Shown here: positions 1-9,323 of the stretch, piece by piece
How positions within the stretch are numbered: position 1 is the first letter of the stretch
How the letters are laid out: every line of letters begins with the position of its first letter
From: a virus
DNA length: 23,961 nucleotides
Strand: one strand, 5' to 3'
Virus record (IMG/VR): IMGVR_UViG_3300045988_094266
Notes under the pieces: model-generated
Told to the model about the DNA's origin: nothing
The model's input: only the letters and a program-made list of their open reading frames with translations
Database searches by the model: none
Made by a program: the position numbers and the translations under genes

Positions 1-52
1 TACATTCCATAGATATTTTCTCCTTTCATCTAAAACCTTTAAAAAAGTACAC

Positions 53-81
53 TTTACTGAACTTGGTCAACTATATATAAT
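53..81 (+). promoter_or_regulatory. sigma-70-like promoter (-35 TTTACT 53-58, 17-bp spacer, -10 TATAAT 76-81) inside the IR core, pointing at gene 248
   Basis: Consensus -10 hexamer with 17-bp spacing. The -35 straddles the IR arm boundary. No equivalent promoter was found on the opposite strand of the core. Confidence 0.4.
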
Positions 82-133
82 TTATCTACTCTTTCTTTCA
101 TATATATTTGAAAAGAGTAAGATACTCACTTTT

Positions 134-168
134 GGGAAAAGGGTTTCTTACCCTTTTCCCAATTTTTT
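134..168 (+). terminator. rho-independent terminator-like hairpin (GGGAAAAGGG-tttctta-CCCTTTTCCC) plus T-run, between promoter and gene 248
   Basis: Perfect 10-bp GC-rich stem with a 7-nt loop, followed by AATTTTTTGTT. It lies in the leader between the putative promoter and the first + gene. Confidence 0.6.
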
Positions 169-247
169 GTTATCTAGACAGAAGAAGTATTTTTCCTGTT
201 AAAAAGTGTACTTTTTTAAAGGTTTTAGATGAAAGGAGAAAATATCT

Positions 248-886
248 ATGGAATGTATTTTAACTGGATAGGTTAAAAACCAAAATGCTATTACCGTACC
301 AGGAGGCGGTAGCGCAGAAATGGGAGAAACATTAGGGTTAGGACCTTATACTATTGAATTTGATGAAGAAGATAATGAAAATCTTACTGCATCATCAATA
401 GAATATAATAATGAAACTTCAAGTATGAAAGCCACTAATGTTCAATCAGCTATTGATGAGCTTTTTACCGATGTCAGTGAGGGCAAAACCCTAATAGCGA
501 CCGCAGTCACTGACAAAGGAGTAGAAACTGCGGCGACCGATAGTTTTTCAACTATGGCAGATAAGATAGGATAGATTACAACAGAAACCCCTATAGAAAC
601 GGTGGATATTATATTTGAATCATTGAGTGGTATAAGTGGATGTACTGTAATAATAGAATATGAAAATGCGCCAATGTCAGTATGGGTAGTGTAGAAAAAT
701 AATTATAAAGTGATAAAAAATAGTATTATAACTATAAATGCCGGTTCTTCTTCAGGACTTAAAATTACTCCTCAGTCTGCATATGAAAGTTTGGGAGCTA
801 TATTAATAAATAATAATTATCAAGTTATAGCATATAAAATTATTGGTCCCGCTACAATTACTTCTACTGGAGGTAATATTAATTAA
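248..886 (+). CDS. tail-fibre / receptor-binding-like protein (about 212 aa; alternative start ATG 320); 3 in-frame TAG codons (269, 572, 692)
   Basis: The ORF is continuous to TAA 884-886 when TAG is read as a sense codon. It has a TNVQSAIDELF...GKTLIATAVTDKG motif reminiscent of Firmicutes phage fibre proteins. RBS GAAAGGAG precedes 248 and AGGAGG precedes 320. Confidence 0.55.
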
Positions 887-908
887 ATTTAGGAGGTAGT
901 ATTATACT

Positions 909-1307
909 ATGATAAAAGTAAATGGGAAAAAGGTTGCTGGAATAGGGTAGCCTGGATTAAACGGTAAATCTGCTTATGAAACAGCTAAAGAAGGAGGGTT
1001 TACTGGAACTGAAAAGGAGTTCAATACTATATTAGCAAATTCTGCACTTAAACCTATTATTAAATTGATAACTCTATATTCATCAGCTTGGTCTAATAAT
1101 ACTCAAACAGTAAATATAATTGGAGTATTGAGCGATGAGGGCAAATAGATAATTTGTCCAACTCCAACAATAAAAGATATAGATATATATAATAATTCAG
1201 GCATTTAGTGTATAAATCAACAAGAAAATAGTTTAACTTTTAAAGCCCAAAAAATTCCAGAAAATGATATATAGATATATATAATTTTGTAGGAGGTGCG
1301 AACATGA
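909..1307 (+). CDS. tail-fibre-like protein with collagen-like/fibre motif GQPGLNGKSAYETAKEGGFTGTEKEF (132 aa, 5 TAG codons)
   Basis: RBS AGGAGG lies 9 nt upstream of ATG 909. The G-x-x / KSAYE-A---GF-GTE-E motif is typical of phage fibre and host-specificity proteins. The gene ends at TGA 1305-1307, overlapping the next ATG (ATGA). Confidence 0.5.
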
Positions 1308-1552
1308 TTATTAACCAAACTTTTCAGACGGAAAAGTATTCAATAATAGATAAAACAAGCCTTCAATATGGCTATCCAGTAAGAGCAACCCCTGGAGAAA
1401 TTGTTTACAGCAGTCCTATGAGTGCAGGAATATCAGATAATGTATATTTAATAAAAGATGGAAGCTCTATTGATGATGTTTATTCAGATGGTAGATATAA
1501 ATTTATAATGCCAGAAGGCGATGTTTTGATTGCTAGAGATTATCCTTGGTAA
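1304..1552 (+). CDS. hypothetical small protein (82 aa), possible fibre C-terminal or assembly module
   Basis: Intact ORF with RBS AGGAGG. Its start is translationally coupled to the previous gene. It ends at TAA. Confidence 0.5.
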   Translation: MIINQTFQTEKYSIIDKTSLQYGYPVRATPGEIVYSSPMSAGISDNVYLIKDGSSIDDVYSDGRYKFIMPEGDVLIARDYPW

Positions 1553-1586
1553 TCTTATATATATTATATAATAAAATTTTATATAA

Positions 1587-2294
<708 letters not shown>

Positions 2295-2345
2295 AGTTAA
2301 ATTATCTTCCTATTGTTTTATATATAATATAAAGGAGGAATTAAT

Positions 2346-2735
2346 ATGCCTGAAATTGTTATTCAAATATTCTAGCTTTGTATTCTTCCTCTGCTTGGTA
2401 TTTTAACAAAATATCTCATAGATTTCCTCTCTGCTAAACGAGATGAGTTAAATTCTAAGACAGAGAATGAAACAGCTTAGAAATACACCACTATGATATT
2501 TGATACTATTACTAAATGTGTAATAGCTACAAATCAGACTTATGTTAATAGCTTAAAAGAACAAGGTGCTTTTGATGCTGAGGCTCAAAAAATTGCATTT
2601 GATAAGACTATGGAATCTGTATTAGAGATCTTATCATCTGATGCAAAACAATATATTATTGAGACAACTGGCGACTTAAATACTTACCTAACTAATCTCA
2701 TTGAAGCCGCGGTTAATGAAAATAGAGCATCATGA
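2346..2735 (+). CDS. small membrane protein, N-terminal TM helix then soluble domain (130 aa, 2 TAG); possible holin-like
   Basis: RBS AAAGGAGG precedes ATG 2346. There is a hydrophobic N-terminus (IVIQIFQLCILPLLGILTKYLIDFL). The gene ends at TGA 2733-2735. Confidence 0.45.
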
Positions 2736-2738
2736 TAT

Positions 2739-2770
2739 AATGGGGTTACTATGCCCCATTATATTTTTAT
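2739..2770 (+). terminator. rho-independent terminator (AATGGGG-loop-CCCCATT plus ATATTTTTAT)
   Basis: 7-bp GC stem immediately after the stop of gene 2346-2735, followed by a T-rich tract. Confidence 0.5.
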
Positions 2771-2777
2771 ACTAAAA

Positions 2778-2825
2778 TTGGCAAAAATTTTGGCAAAATA
2801 GTAAAATTATCTTTGCCAAAATTTT
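2778..2825. promoter_or_regulatory. site cluster B: 19-bp near-palindrome TTGGCAAAAATTTTGGCAA (2778-2796) plus TTGCCAAAATTTT (2813-2825)
   Basis: Same 9-bp half-site consensus, and the same full-site-plus-half-site layout in the same orientation as cluster A. It lies upstream of gene 2872. Confidence 0.5.
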
Positions 2826-2871
2826 ATATAATAATGAAAGGCCAAGGGAATATTTTAAAGGAGGTAAAACT

Positions 2872-3297
2872 ATGGCAGTTAATTATCCATACTATATACC
2901 ACAACAATAGCAACCTTAGTATGCGGCAATCCCTTATGCTCCGCAACAAAGAATGCCCTATGTGGAATAGCCCTAGATTGGAATTAAAGGTCGCCCAGTT
3001 TCTTCAATAGAAGAAGTAAAGGCAACTAGCATTGACTTTGATGGTTCTGTATTTTTCTTTCCTGATTTAGCTAATAAAAAAATATATACAAAATAGATAA
3101 ATTTAGATGGAACTTCAACACTTAATGTTTATGAATTAAAAAATATTCCGATTGAAACAGTTGTCAATCCTTCTTAGTTTGTTACTAGAGAAGAATTTGA
3201 AACCGTACTTGCTCAATTAAAAGAAAAAATTGCGCCATAGGCAAATAAATAGCCTACAGCGCAATAGCAGGAATCAAAGCCAAAATTAGATTTTTAA
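2872..3297 (+). CDS. Gln/Pro-rich hypothetical protein (141 aa) with 9 TAG codons, several inside poly-Q runs (CAA CAA TAG CAA)
   Basis: Strong RBS AAAGGAGG. The protein reads MAVNYPYYIPQQQQPQYAAIPYAPQQ...APQANKQPTAQQQESKPKLDF. TAG is embedded in CAA/CAG runs. The gene ends at TAA 3295-3297. Confidence 0.6.
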
Positions 3298-3309
3298 GGA
3301 GCCGATAAA

Positions 3310-3543
3310 ATGAATCCAATGTAGTTAATTCAAATGATTAGGAATGGATAGAATCCTCAATAGCTAACTCTAAATATATTAGAAAGTTAGATGGGGAATA
3401 ATCCGTTTGGAGCTAATTTGTTAGATCTTGCCAAATAGAATAAAACCGAAGAGATTGAACAAATAGCTAGAAATCTTTTATCCCAAAGAGGATTAAATTA
3501 TGACAAGGAGTTTGCTGACTTTAAGAAAATGCTCGGCCTTTAA
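3310..3543 (+). CDS. hypothetical small protein (77 aa, 5 TAG codons)
   Basis: RBS AAGGAG precedes ATG 3310. The reading frame is continuous to TAA 3541-3543 only under TAG = sense. Confidence 0.45.
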
Positions 3544-3568
3544 TAATTTTCTTAAAGGAGGAACTTAA

Positions 3569-4474
3569 ATGTTCAATTCTAACAATGGATACTCTTTAGC
3601 TGATATTGCTGCTGCTACAGGTGGCAATGATCGTAACAATGGCGGAATTTGGAACGACGGAGGAGCTTGGTGGATTATAATTCTATTCTTATTCTGCTTC
3701 TCTGGATGGGGAAATGGATTTGGCGGTTTTGGTGGATATGGAGCCAACAGTAATGGTCTGGGTTCTCCTTCTGGTCAAGGTTGGGCAACTCGCGCAGACA
3801 TTAATGAAGGTTTTGCTTTCCAAAATCTACAGTCTGGAATTAATTCTATCCAGTAGGGAATCTGTGATAGCACATATGCTTTAAATAATGCTTTAACAAA
3901 TGGTTTCCATGGAGTAGACAACGCAGTATGCAATCTTGGATATCAGACACAGCAAGGTTTCAATAGCACTAATGTAGCTTTAATGCAGGGTCAAAATGCT
4001 TTAGCTACACAGCTTTCTAACTGTTGTTGTGATACAAAATCTGCAATTCAGCAAGCAAGTTTTGATAATCTCACAAATCAAAATGCTATTTCTCGTCAAA
4101 TTGCAGATTGTTGCTGCGAGACTGGTCGTCAGATTGAGAGAGGTTTTGCCGACGTCAACTACAATCTAGCGACTAATACTAATGCACTACAGACTTCTAT
4201 GGCCAATAATACTCGTGATATTATTGACAGTCAAAATGCTGGAACTCGTGCAATTCTTGATTATCTCTGCCAGGAGAAAATCTCTGATTTGCAAAACGAG
4301 AATCAAGCTCTTCGTCTCGCTGCTTCTCAACAGGCTCAAAATAACTTTATTACAGCTAACCAAGAAGCTCAAACTGCGGAGCTTATCCGTAGATTAGGAC
4401 GTGATAATCCAATTCCCGCTTACGTAGTACCAAACCCCAACTGTTGCTATAGCATGAATAGTTGCGGATGCTGA
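3569..4474 (+). CDS. Cys-cluster, Asn/Gln-rich membrane-anchored protein (302 aa, 1 TAG at 3854); unknown family
   Basis: RBS AAAGGAGG. It has an N-terminal TM helix plus a Gly-rich tract (GGAWWIIILFLFCFSGWGNGFGGFGGYG). A roughly 33-aa periodic region carries CCC motifs (NCCCDTK..., DCCCETG...), a coiled-coil-like N/Q repeat and a C-terminal CCYSMNSCGC. It ends at TGA 4472-4474. Confidence 0.6.
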
Positions 4475-4502
4475 TTTAAATTAAAAGGAGAGATTTGGTT
4501 CA

Positions 4503-4925
4503 ATGGAAATTATTGCGAATGCCGTACAAACAGTACAAGCTAATCAAAATGTCCTTTTTACCGATGCGGTAGTAGGCTGTTCCAACAGCCTACTACATCG
4601 CGTTGGAAGTGGACTAGTAACACTAAAAGGTAATACATCTACTCAATGCAGAGCTAGATATAAAGCTCATTTTAGCGGTAATATTGCAATCGCCGCAGGT
4701 GGAACAGCAGGCCCAATTTCTTTAGCTATTGCTATCAATGGAGAAGGTGTAGCTTCTACTACTATGATTTCTACTCCAGCGGCGGTAGGAGATTATAATA
4801 ATGTAGCAAGTTCTATATTTATTGATGTGCCAAGAGGATGTTGCTTTGAAATTGCAGTAAAAAATGTTTCTACTCAGACTATTGACGTCCAAAATGCAAA
4901 TTTAATTATTGAAAGGGTGGCTTAA
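4503..4925 (+). CDS. BclA C-terminal-like (C1q/TNF-type jelly-roll) domain protein, 140 aa
   Basis: RBS AAAAGGAG. The pattern VLFTDAVVG...IAIAAGGTAGPISLAIAINGEGVASTTM...IFIDVPRGCCFEIAV...ANLIIERV resembles BclA-C/exosporium or phage fibre tip domains. There are no TAG codons. Confidence 0.5.
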   Translation: MEIIANAVQTVQANQNVLFTDAVVGCSNSLLHRVGSGLVTLKGNTSTQCRARYKAHFSGNIAIAAGGTAGPISLAIAINGEGVASTTMISTPAAVGDYNNVASSIFIDVPRGCCFEIAVKNVSTQTIDVQNANLIIERVA

Positions 4926-4927
4926 TT

Positions 4928-5542
4928 ATGGAAAGACTTAAACATATGAAAGAAACTCTTATTGGGTGTGTTCAATCATAGCTAAGTGATATTCATAATG
5001 TAGACACTCATGAATTAGGCGAGGCTATTGATATGATAAAAGATTTAGAGCAGGCAATGTACTACTGTTCTATTGTAAAAGCAATGGAAGAGAAAGATGA
5101 AGAACATAGAAAGTATTACATTCCAATCACTCCTCCATATTATTTACCCGATAGAGATATGGACAGAAATGAATGGGGTAGAATGTACTATCCTCGTTCA
5201 AGAGATTCTCAAGGGAGATATACTGAATCAGATAGAGGAGATATGCAGGATAGCCGCAGAAACTATGGAGATAGACCAATATATTATAACGAGAAAGAAT
5301 TTCCAATGGATTTAAGAGATTCTCGCGAAGGTCGTAGTCCTATGATGCGTCGGATGTATATGGAATCAAAAGAGCTTCATAAAGATAAAGAAATAAAGAT
5401 GAAAGAATTAGATAAATACATGAAAGAATTAAGCGAAGATTTAGTTGAAATGATTGATGACGCAAGCCCAGAAGAAAGACAGTTATTAGAAAAGAAAATT
5501 TCTGCTCTTGCTACAAAAATATCTTCTTTAAACCATGTTTAA
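4928..5542 (+). CDS. hypothetical protein with disordered Arg/Asp/Tyr-rich centre (204 aa, 1 TAG at 4979)
   Basis: ATG 4928 is in frame with ORF 5033-5542 through TAG. The protein is low-complexity (YYPRSRDSQGRYTESDRGD...) with a C-terminal coiled coil. Confidence 0.45.
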
Positions 5543-5861
5543 TATTAATGGAGAAGGATGGAAATTATTTTTAACTTCTCCAATTCATCCTATGTTAATT
5601 AGAAGCGATGGACAGTTAACGATAGGAGCTTGTGATAATGAAACTAAAGGTATTTATATTAATGGAGAATTATCTCCATTAATGATGAAAAAAGTTTTAT
5701 GTCATGAGTTAACGCACGCTGCAATGTTTAGTTATGGAATAGAATTGTCTATCGAACAAGAAGAATTACTAGCTGATTTAATTGCTACATATGGCTAGGA
5801 AATAATAAATATGACTAATTCTATTTTTAATCGCTTAAAGAAGGATGGGGAACTCAAGTGA
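5535..5861 (+). CDS. HExxH zinc-metallopeptidase-like small protein (ImmA/IrrE- or SprT-like), 108 aa if TAG 5796 is read through
   Basis: The motif is VLCHELTHAAM. ATG 5535 overlaps the stop of the previous gene. The ORF runs through TAG 5796-5798 to TGA 5859-5861, which lies inside the terminator stem. The C-terminal extension is uncertain. Confidence 0.45.
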
Positions 5862-5877
5862 GTTCCCCATTTTTTTA
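5845..5877. terminator. bidirectional rho-independent terminator between the convergent + and - blocks
   Basis: Perfect 12-bp inverted repeat ATGGGGAACTCA / TGAGTTCCCCAT, flanked by an A-run upstream and a T-run downstream. It sits between the convergent gene ends at 5861 and 5875. Confidence 0.7.
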
Positions 5878-6306
5878 TTCTGATCTAATTTCTAACTCCA
5901 TGGTTTTCTCATAATATTCTTTAGCTTGTCCATTACCACCTAAAGAATGATATAGTTTGTAAAATTCTGTTAGTTGATCATACTAATCTTGAGTCATATA
6001 TCCTTGCTTTATATATATTTTACATAGCTAAACAAGTCTGAATCTATATGAAGCTATAATTAATGTTAAATCTTGTCTTTCTTTATCTTCTATTTTCCGT
6101 ATATATGTTCTTAATTCTTCAATATCTTCTACTATTGGTTTTAATTTTTCGTCAATAAGTTCTACTATATCATTATTTTCTTTTTCCTATAACATTTTTT
6201 TATATGCCATTAACTATTTATATAAGTATCTACAAAAAGCCAACGCTCCGGCGGAAATTAGACCAAAAAGAATTTCTACTATATGTTCTGTAATAAAAGC
6301 AAACAT
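5875..6306 (-). CDS. membrane protein with N-terminal TM and coiled-coil cytoplasmic domain (143 aa, 4 TAG); holin-like?
   Basis: RBS AAGGAGG sits 5 nt before ATG 6306. The N-terminus is MFAFITEHIVEILFGLISAGALAFC. It ends at TAA 5875-5877. It is absent from the ORF track because it is fragmented by TAG. Confidence 0.55.
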
Positions 6307-6369
6307 AAAATCCTCCTTTCTTAACTTCTCAAATTATTTTAAAGTTAAGAAAGGAGGATTTTTTTATTT
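6307..6369. promoter_or_regulatory. 20-bp perfect hairpin (6307-6326 / 6343-6362) whose 3' arm contains the SD of gene 5875-6306; terminator/attenuator-like
   Basis: AAAATCCTCCTTTCTTAACT and its exact reverse complement are separated by a 16-nt loop, with T-rich tracts on both strands. The - strand AAGGAGG RBS lies inside the stem. Confidence 0.6.
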
Positions 6370-6378
6370 AGACCAATA

Positions 6379-6858
6379 TTACCAAGCACATTGATGCTAT
6401 TTAATATGCGCAAGGCCGATACAAACAGCGTCACTTTCATCCTGTGTGGGTTTTTTCCCATAATTATAAAAAACATAATTCTGAGCATTTTTTTTCTACT
6501 CTGGTCGAGTTTTTCCTTTTATACCCAATAAAGATTTCCATGTTACTGCTAAAATAGAAGAATGGGGAATTTTTTCTTGTTCTAGTAATTCAGAAACTAC
6601 CCCATATACTTCTGCTAAAATCTTAAAAGTCTAAACATTATTAGAAATATTATTCTACTACTATATATCTTCAAAAACTACTTCATCTATATGATACTAT
6701 TCAATAAGATCTTTAATCTTCTATCTTATTTTTACTAATCTAGTATCTATATTATTATCTTCAACAGCAAATTTACCAAAAGTTTTTAACTTATTATCTT
6801 CAAAGACCGCATACCCGGTAATCTTCGAACTCTAATCGAGTGATAATAGATTACTCAT
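6379..6858 (-). CDS. ruvC: RuvC-like Holliday-junction resolvase (159 aa) with 9 TAG codons incl. TAG-TAG-TAG
   Basis: ATG 6858 overlaps the dUTPase TGA (ATGA). Read with TAG = Q, the frame gives MSNLLSLDQSSKITGYAVFEDNKLKTFGKFAV...IDEVVFEDIQQQNN...TWKSLLGIKGKTRPEQKK...QDESDAVCIGLAHIKQHQCAW. This matches the RuvC pattern (G-D-G, ITG-AV, E, K-K-K, DESDAxxIAL-H). It ends at TAA 6379-6381. Confidence 0.75.
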
Positions 6859-7421
6859 TTAGATGTGCTTCCGAATCCACCAAGTCTTTCTCCAGTTGCA
6901 TTATCGTCATCAGTAATTTGATAACTCTTAATAATTCCTTGTCCAATTTTATCTCCACGCTTTAACTGAATAGCAAAAGGAGATAAATTAACAAGCTGGA
7001 AAAAGATCTCTCCTTCATTATCTGGATTATCACAATAATCGGCATCAATAATACCAACGCTATTTCCGCAAATAATCCAATGTTTAAGAGGAGTGGAACT
7101 ACGAACACTTAATTCAAGATATTGACCAGGATTTAAATGACATTTCATTCCTGTTGATACAAGAGTAATCTTAGACTTTAATTCTTTAGTAAGATTAGCC
7201 ATATCATCAAGAGTAAAAGGGCTCACAAATCCATAAAAATCCTTGTCACTATCTTTTTCAAAAATATGGTCTTGAATTTTAGAAGTTAAAAAATTCATTG
7301 GAGGTAGAACTGTATCCTCTGCGACTACGAAATCATAACCTGCGGAATTGGCGGTCGCGCGGGTTGGAATAGGTAGATCAATGTCACTAAAGCGACTTAC
7401 TTTCTCAAAATATACACTCAT
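6855..7421 (-). CDS. dut: dUTPase (188 aa), no TAG codons
   Basis: The motifs are ATANSAGYDF, GIIDADY and RLGGFGSTSK. RBS GGAGG precedes ATG 7421. It ends at TGA 6855-6857. Confidence 0.85.
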   Translation of the reverse strand: MSVYFEKVSRFSDIDLPIPTRATANSAGYDFVVAEDTVLPPMNFLTSKIQDHIFEKDSDKDFYGFVSPFTLDDMANLTKELKSKITLVSTGMKCHLNPGQYLELSVRSSTPLKHWIICGNSVGIIDADYCDNPDNEGEIFFQLVNLSPFAIQLKRGDKIGQGIIKSYQITDDDNATGERLGGFGSTSK

Positions 7422-7422
7422 A

Positions 7423-7665
7423 TTATTCCTCCGTAATGGTAATTGGCATAATGCCTTCTGGTTCTTTCTCGTTGTCAATAGTAATAGTAGCGGTGACGAG
7501 TTGATACTCTTCAACTATTTCACCTTTTTGCTTAATATATTTAGTAGTGTATTTAAATGAAGTTAATTCTCCTACCGAGGTTTTTTCTAACCATTTGCGC
7601 AATCTAAGAGCATCTTCTACAGTAGGCACCCTATAAGTATTTGTAGACTTTAAATTATAAAACAT
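7423..7665 (-). CDS. hypothetical protein (80 aa)
   Basis: ATG 7665 follows RBS GAGGG. It starts right after the TAA of the upstream gene and ends at TAA 7423-7425. Confidence 0.45.
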   Translation of the reverse strand: MFYNLKSTNTYRVPTVEDALRLRKWLEKTSVGELTSFKYTTKYIKQKGEIVEEYQLVTATITIDNEKEPEGIMPITITEE

Positions 7666-7666
7666 A

Positions 7667-7933
7667 TTAAATTCCCTCAACTGTAATTTTACTATTTGAA
7701 TACATATTTTTTTCCAAATCATTTACAAGTTTATTGATTTCTCCTGTTATTGCAAAAGGAGCATGAACTTGTATACTATATATTCCGTTTCCATAAGCAA
7801 TTCCTACAAGGGCTTCAGCTAATCCATTAATATCAGAGCATACTTTCATTTGTTTTTGTAGTCCATCATCAACAACATATACAGCAGATTCCATAGCAAA
7901 TGGATCATAATTTACAATAATAGCATTTGTCAT
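7667..7933 (-). CDS. hypothetical protein (88 aa)
   Basis: Intact ORF. Its ATG overlaps the stop of the upstream gene (ATGA). Confidence 0.45.
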   Translation of the reverse strand: MTNAIIVNYDPFAMESAVYVVDDGLQKQMKVCSDINGLAEALVGIAYGNGIYSIQVHAPFAITGEINKLVNDLEKNMYSNSKITVEGI

Positions 7934-8274
7934 ACCTATATCACCCCTTTTGTATAATCAAAGAACGCATACATATCACATTTCTCTCCATGTAAAATCC
8001 AAATTTCTACAATATTTCCATTTATCTCTATTGCCTTGATTTCTCCAAGTGTCTTAGAAACAGAAATAATCTCGCTTGCCATTTTATTTTTATTTACATC
8101 GTTTTCATAGGTAAATAAAGTAAAATATTTATTATCGTGATTAAGCATCATATAATATCTAGAATTATTGGAATCTAAGAATGTGATAATATTTCTTTTA
8201 GCTTTCTCTAATTCAGCCTTTGTCATTTTTGGAAGGGAGGCATATCCCGCTTGATTTAGCTCGTATAAAGTCAT
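7930..8274 (-). CDS. hypothetical protein (114 aa, 1 TAG at 7936-7938, ends TGA 7930-7932)
   Basis: ORF 7936-8274 continues through TAG for two codons to a TGA that overlaps the next ATG. Confidence 0.45.
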
Positions 8275-8310
8275 ATCTAGTCCTCCATTTCTTTTAATAT
8301 AATATCATAA

Positions 8311-8853
8311 TTATTTTATTCTGTCAACAATAATTGCACCAATAGCATTGCCTATTGTAACTACTATTAAAAATAATATTACATCAATAGAAAGCACACC
8401 TGCGGCCAAAGTGTAACAAAGATCTGCAATACAGTGTTCTCCGCCGAATAATATAAAACCTGTTACGCAGACTGGCACCATATAATCTTTATTTCTTTTA
8501 AACGAGGATACTGCCGAATATATAAATATACCACAAACCATCCCCTTTAAGAAAACTAAATATAGTGGGATTGCGATCTTAGCAGAGACTAGAGATAGAG
8601 CGGCTGCGTGCGGAAAGGCTAAGATCCCGCACGCTCCAATAATATTTCCTATTAAAATAATAAGATTATCTTTTATATCATTTTTGCTCTTGATATAACC
8701 AACTGAACCTGTAAATAATTTAAACTACATATTTAATATAGTCAGTAGGCCAATGGAAAACATAATAGCTCCAACTATACCTCCAACAGATAAGTAGATA
8801 TAGCTAGCTATTGCTATCATTAATCCTCCTAAAATACTCTTTACAAAGTTCAT
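8311..8853 (-). CDS. FNT-family (formate/nitrite transporter-like) polytopic membrane protein, short form (180 aa, 1 TAG), translationally coupled to nrdG
   Basis: ATG 8853 overlaps the NrdG TGA (ATGA). There are multiple TM segments. The motifs LNMQFKLFTGSVGY (like GAELFTGN), FGGEHCIADLCY (like SGFEHSIANMF) and VVTIGNAIGAIIV (like VTIGNIIGG) recall the signature regions of FocA-type channels. It ends at TAA 8311. Confidence 0.5.
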
Positions 8854-9323
8854 TTTAGATAAATTATTTTTTGATTGCGGCTTCCTCTAAGAGGTTCCGT
8901 AATATCTCTTTCATGTTCAATATATGGCCCATCAATTAGCACATCAACTAATTGGAATATATTCTAAATAACTGTATCTGTTGAATTTTTTAAATCTTCA
9001 TACAAGTATCCAGTCCATAAATAAACCTTTAAATCAGGAATTGTTTCTTTTGCGGTTTGTATTACCAAATGAGTTAGAAATGTATTTTCTGGACATAGTG
9101 GCTCGCCGCCCATAATACATAGAGTTCTTTTAACTCCATTTGCAGTAAGCCCTTCTAAGATTGAATTAAGGGTTTCATGGGTAAATTCTTTTCCTCCATT
9201 AAAATCCCAAGTCTCTTGATTGTGGCAACCTTGACATCTATGAGGACATCCCTATGTAAAAAAACTCAAAGACACTCCAGGTGCGGCAGAAAAGTCATTT
9301 TTTATAATACCTGCATACTTCAT
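8850..9323 (-). CDS. nrdG: anaerobic ribonucleotide reductase activating protein NrdG (radical SAM, 157 aa, 2 TAG)
   Basis: ATG 9323 overlaps the NrdD TGA. The motif is GCPHRCQGCHNQETWDF, with a CxxxCxxC 4Fe-4S cluster. It ends at TGA 8850-8852. It is missed by the ORF track because of TAG. Confidence 0.8.

Larger units (their letters stand above)
1..257. repeat. 55-bp perfect inverted repeat (arms 1-55 and 203-257) around a 147-bp asymmetric core; each arm carries GAAAGGAG RBS + ATG GAA TGT of an outward-facing gene
   Basis: The reverse complement of 1-55 is identical to 203-257 (aaagtgtacttttttaaaggttttagatgaaaggagaaaatatctatggaatgta). The right arm supplies the RBS and ATG at 248 for the + gene. 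The left arm supplies the same for a - strand gene that leaves the window. Confidence 0.9.

Noticed and set aside
3565-5315. Alternative-frame ORFs 3565-3747(-), 4182-4397(+), 4187-4372(-), 5097-5315(+), 12377-12559(-), 13743-13979(-), 14313-14495(-), 16972-17157(-)
   Set aside because: They are nested inside better-supported genes in other frames and show no signals of their own.
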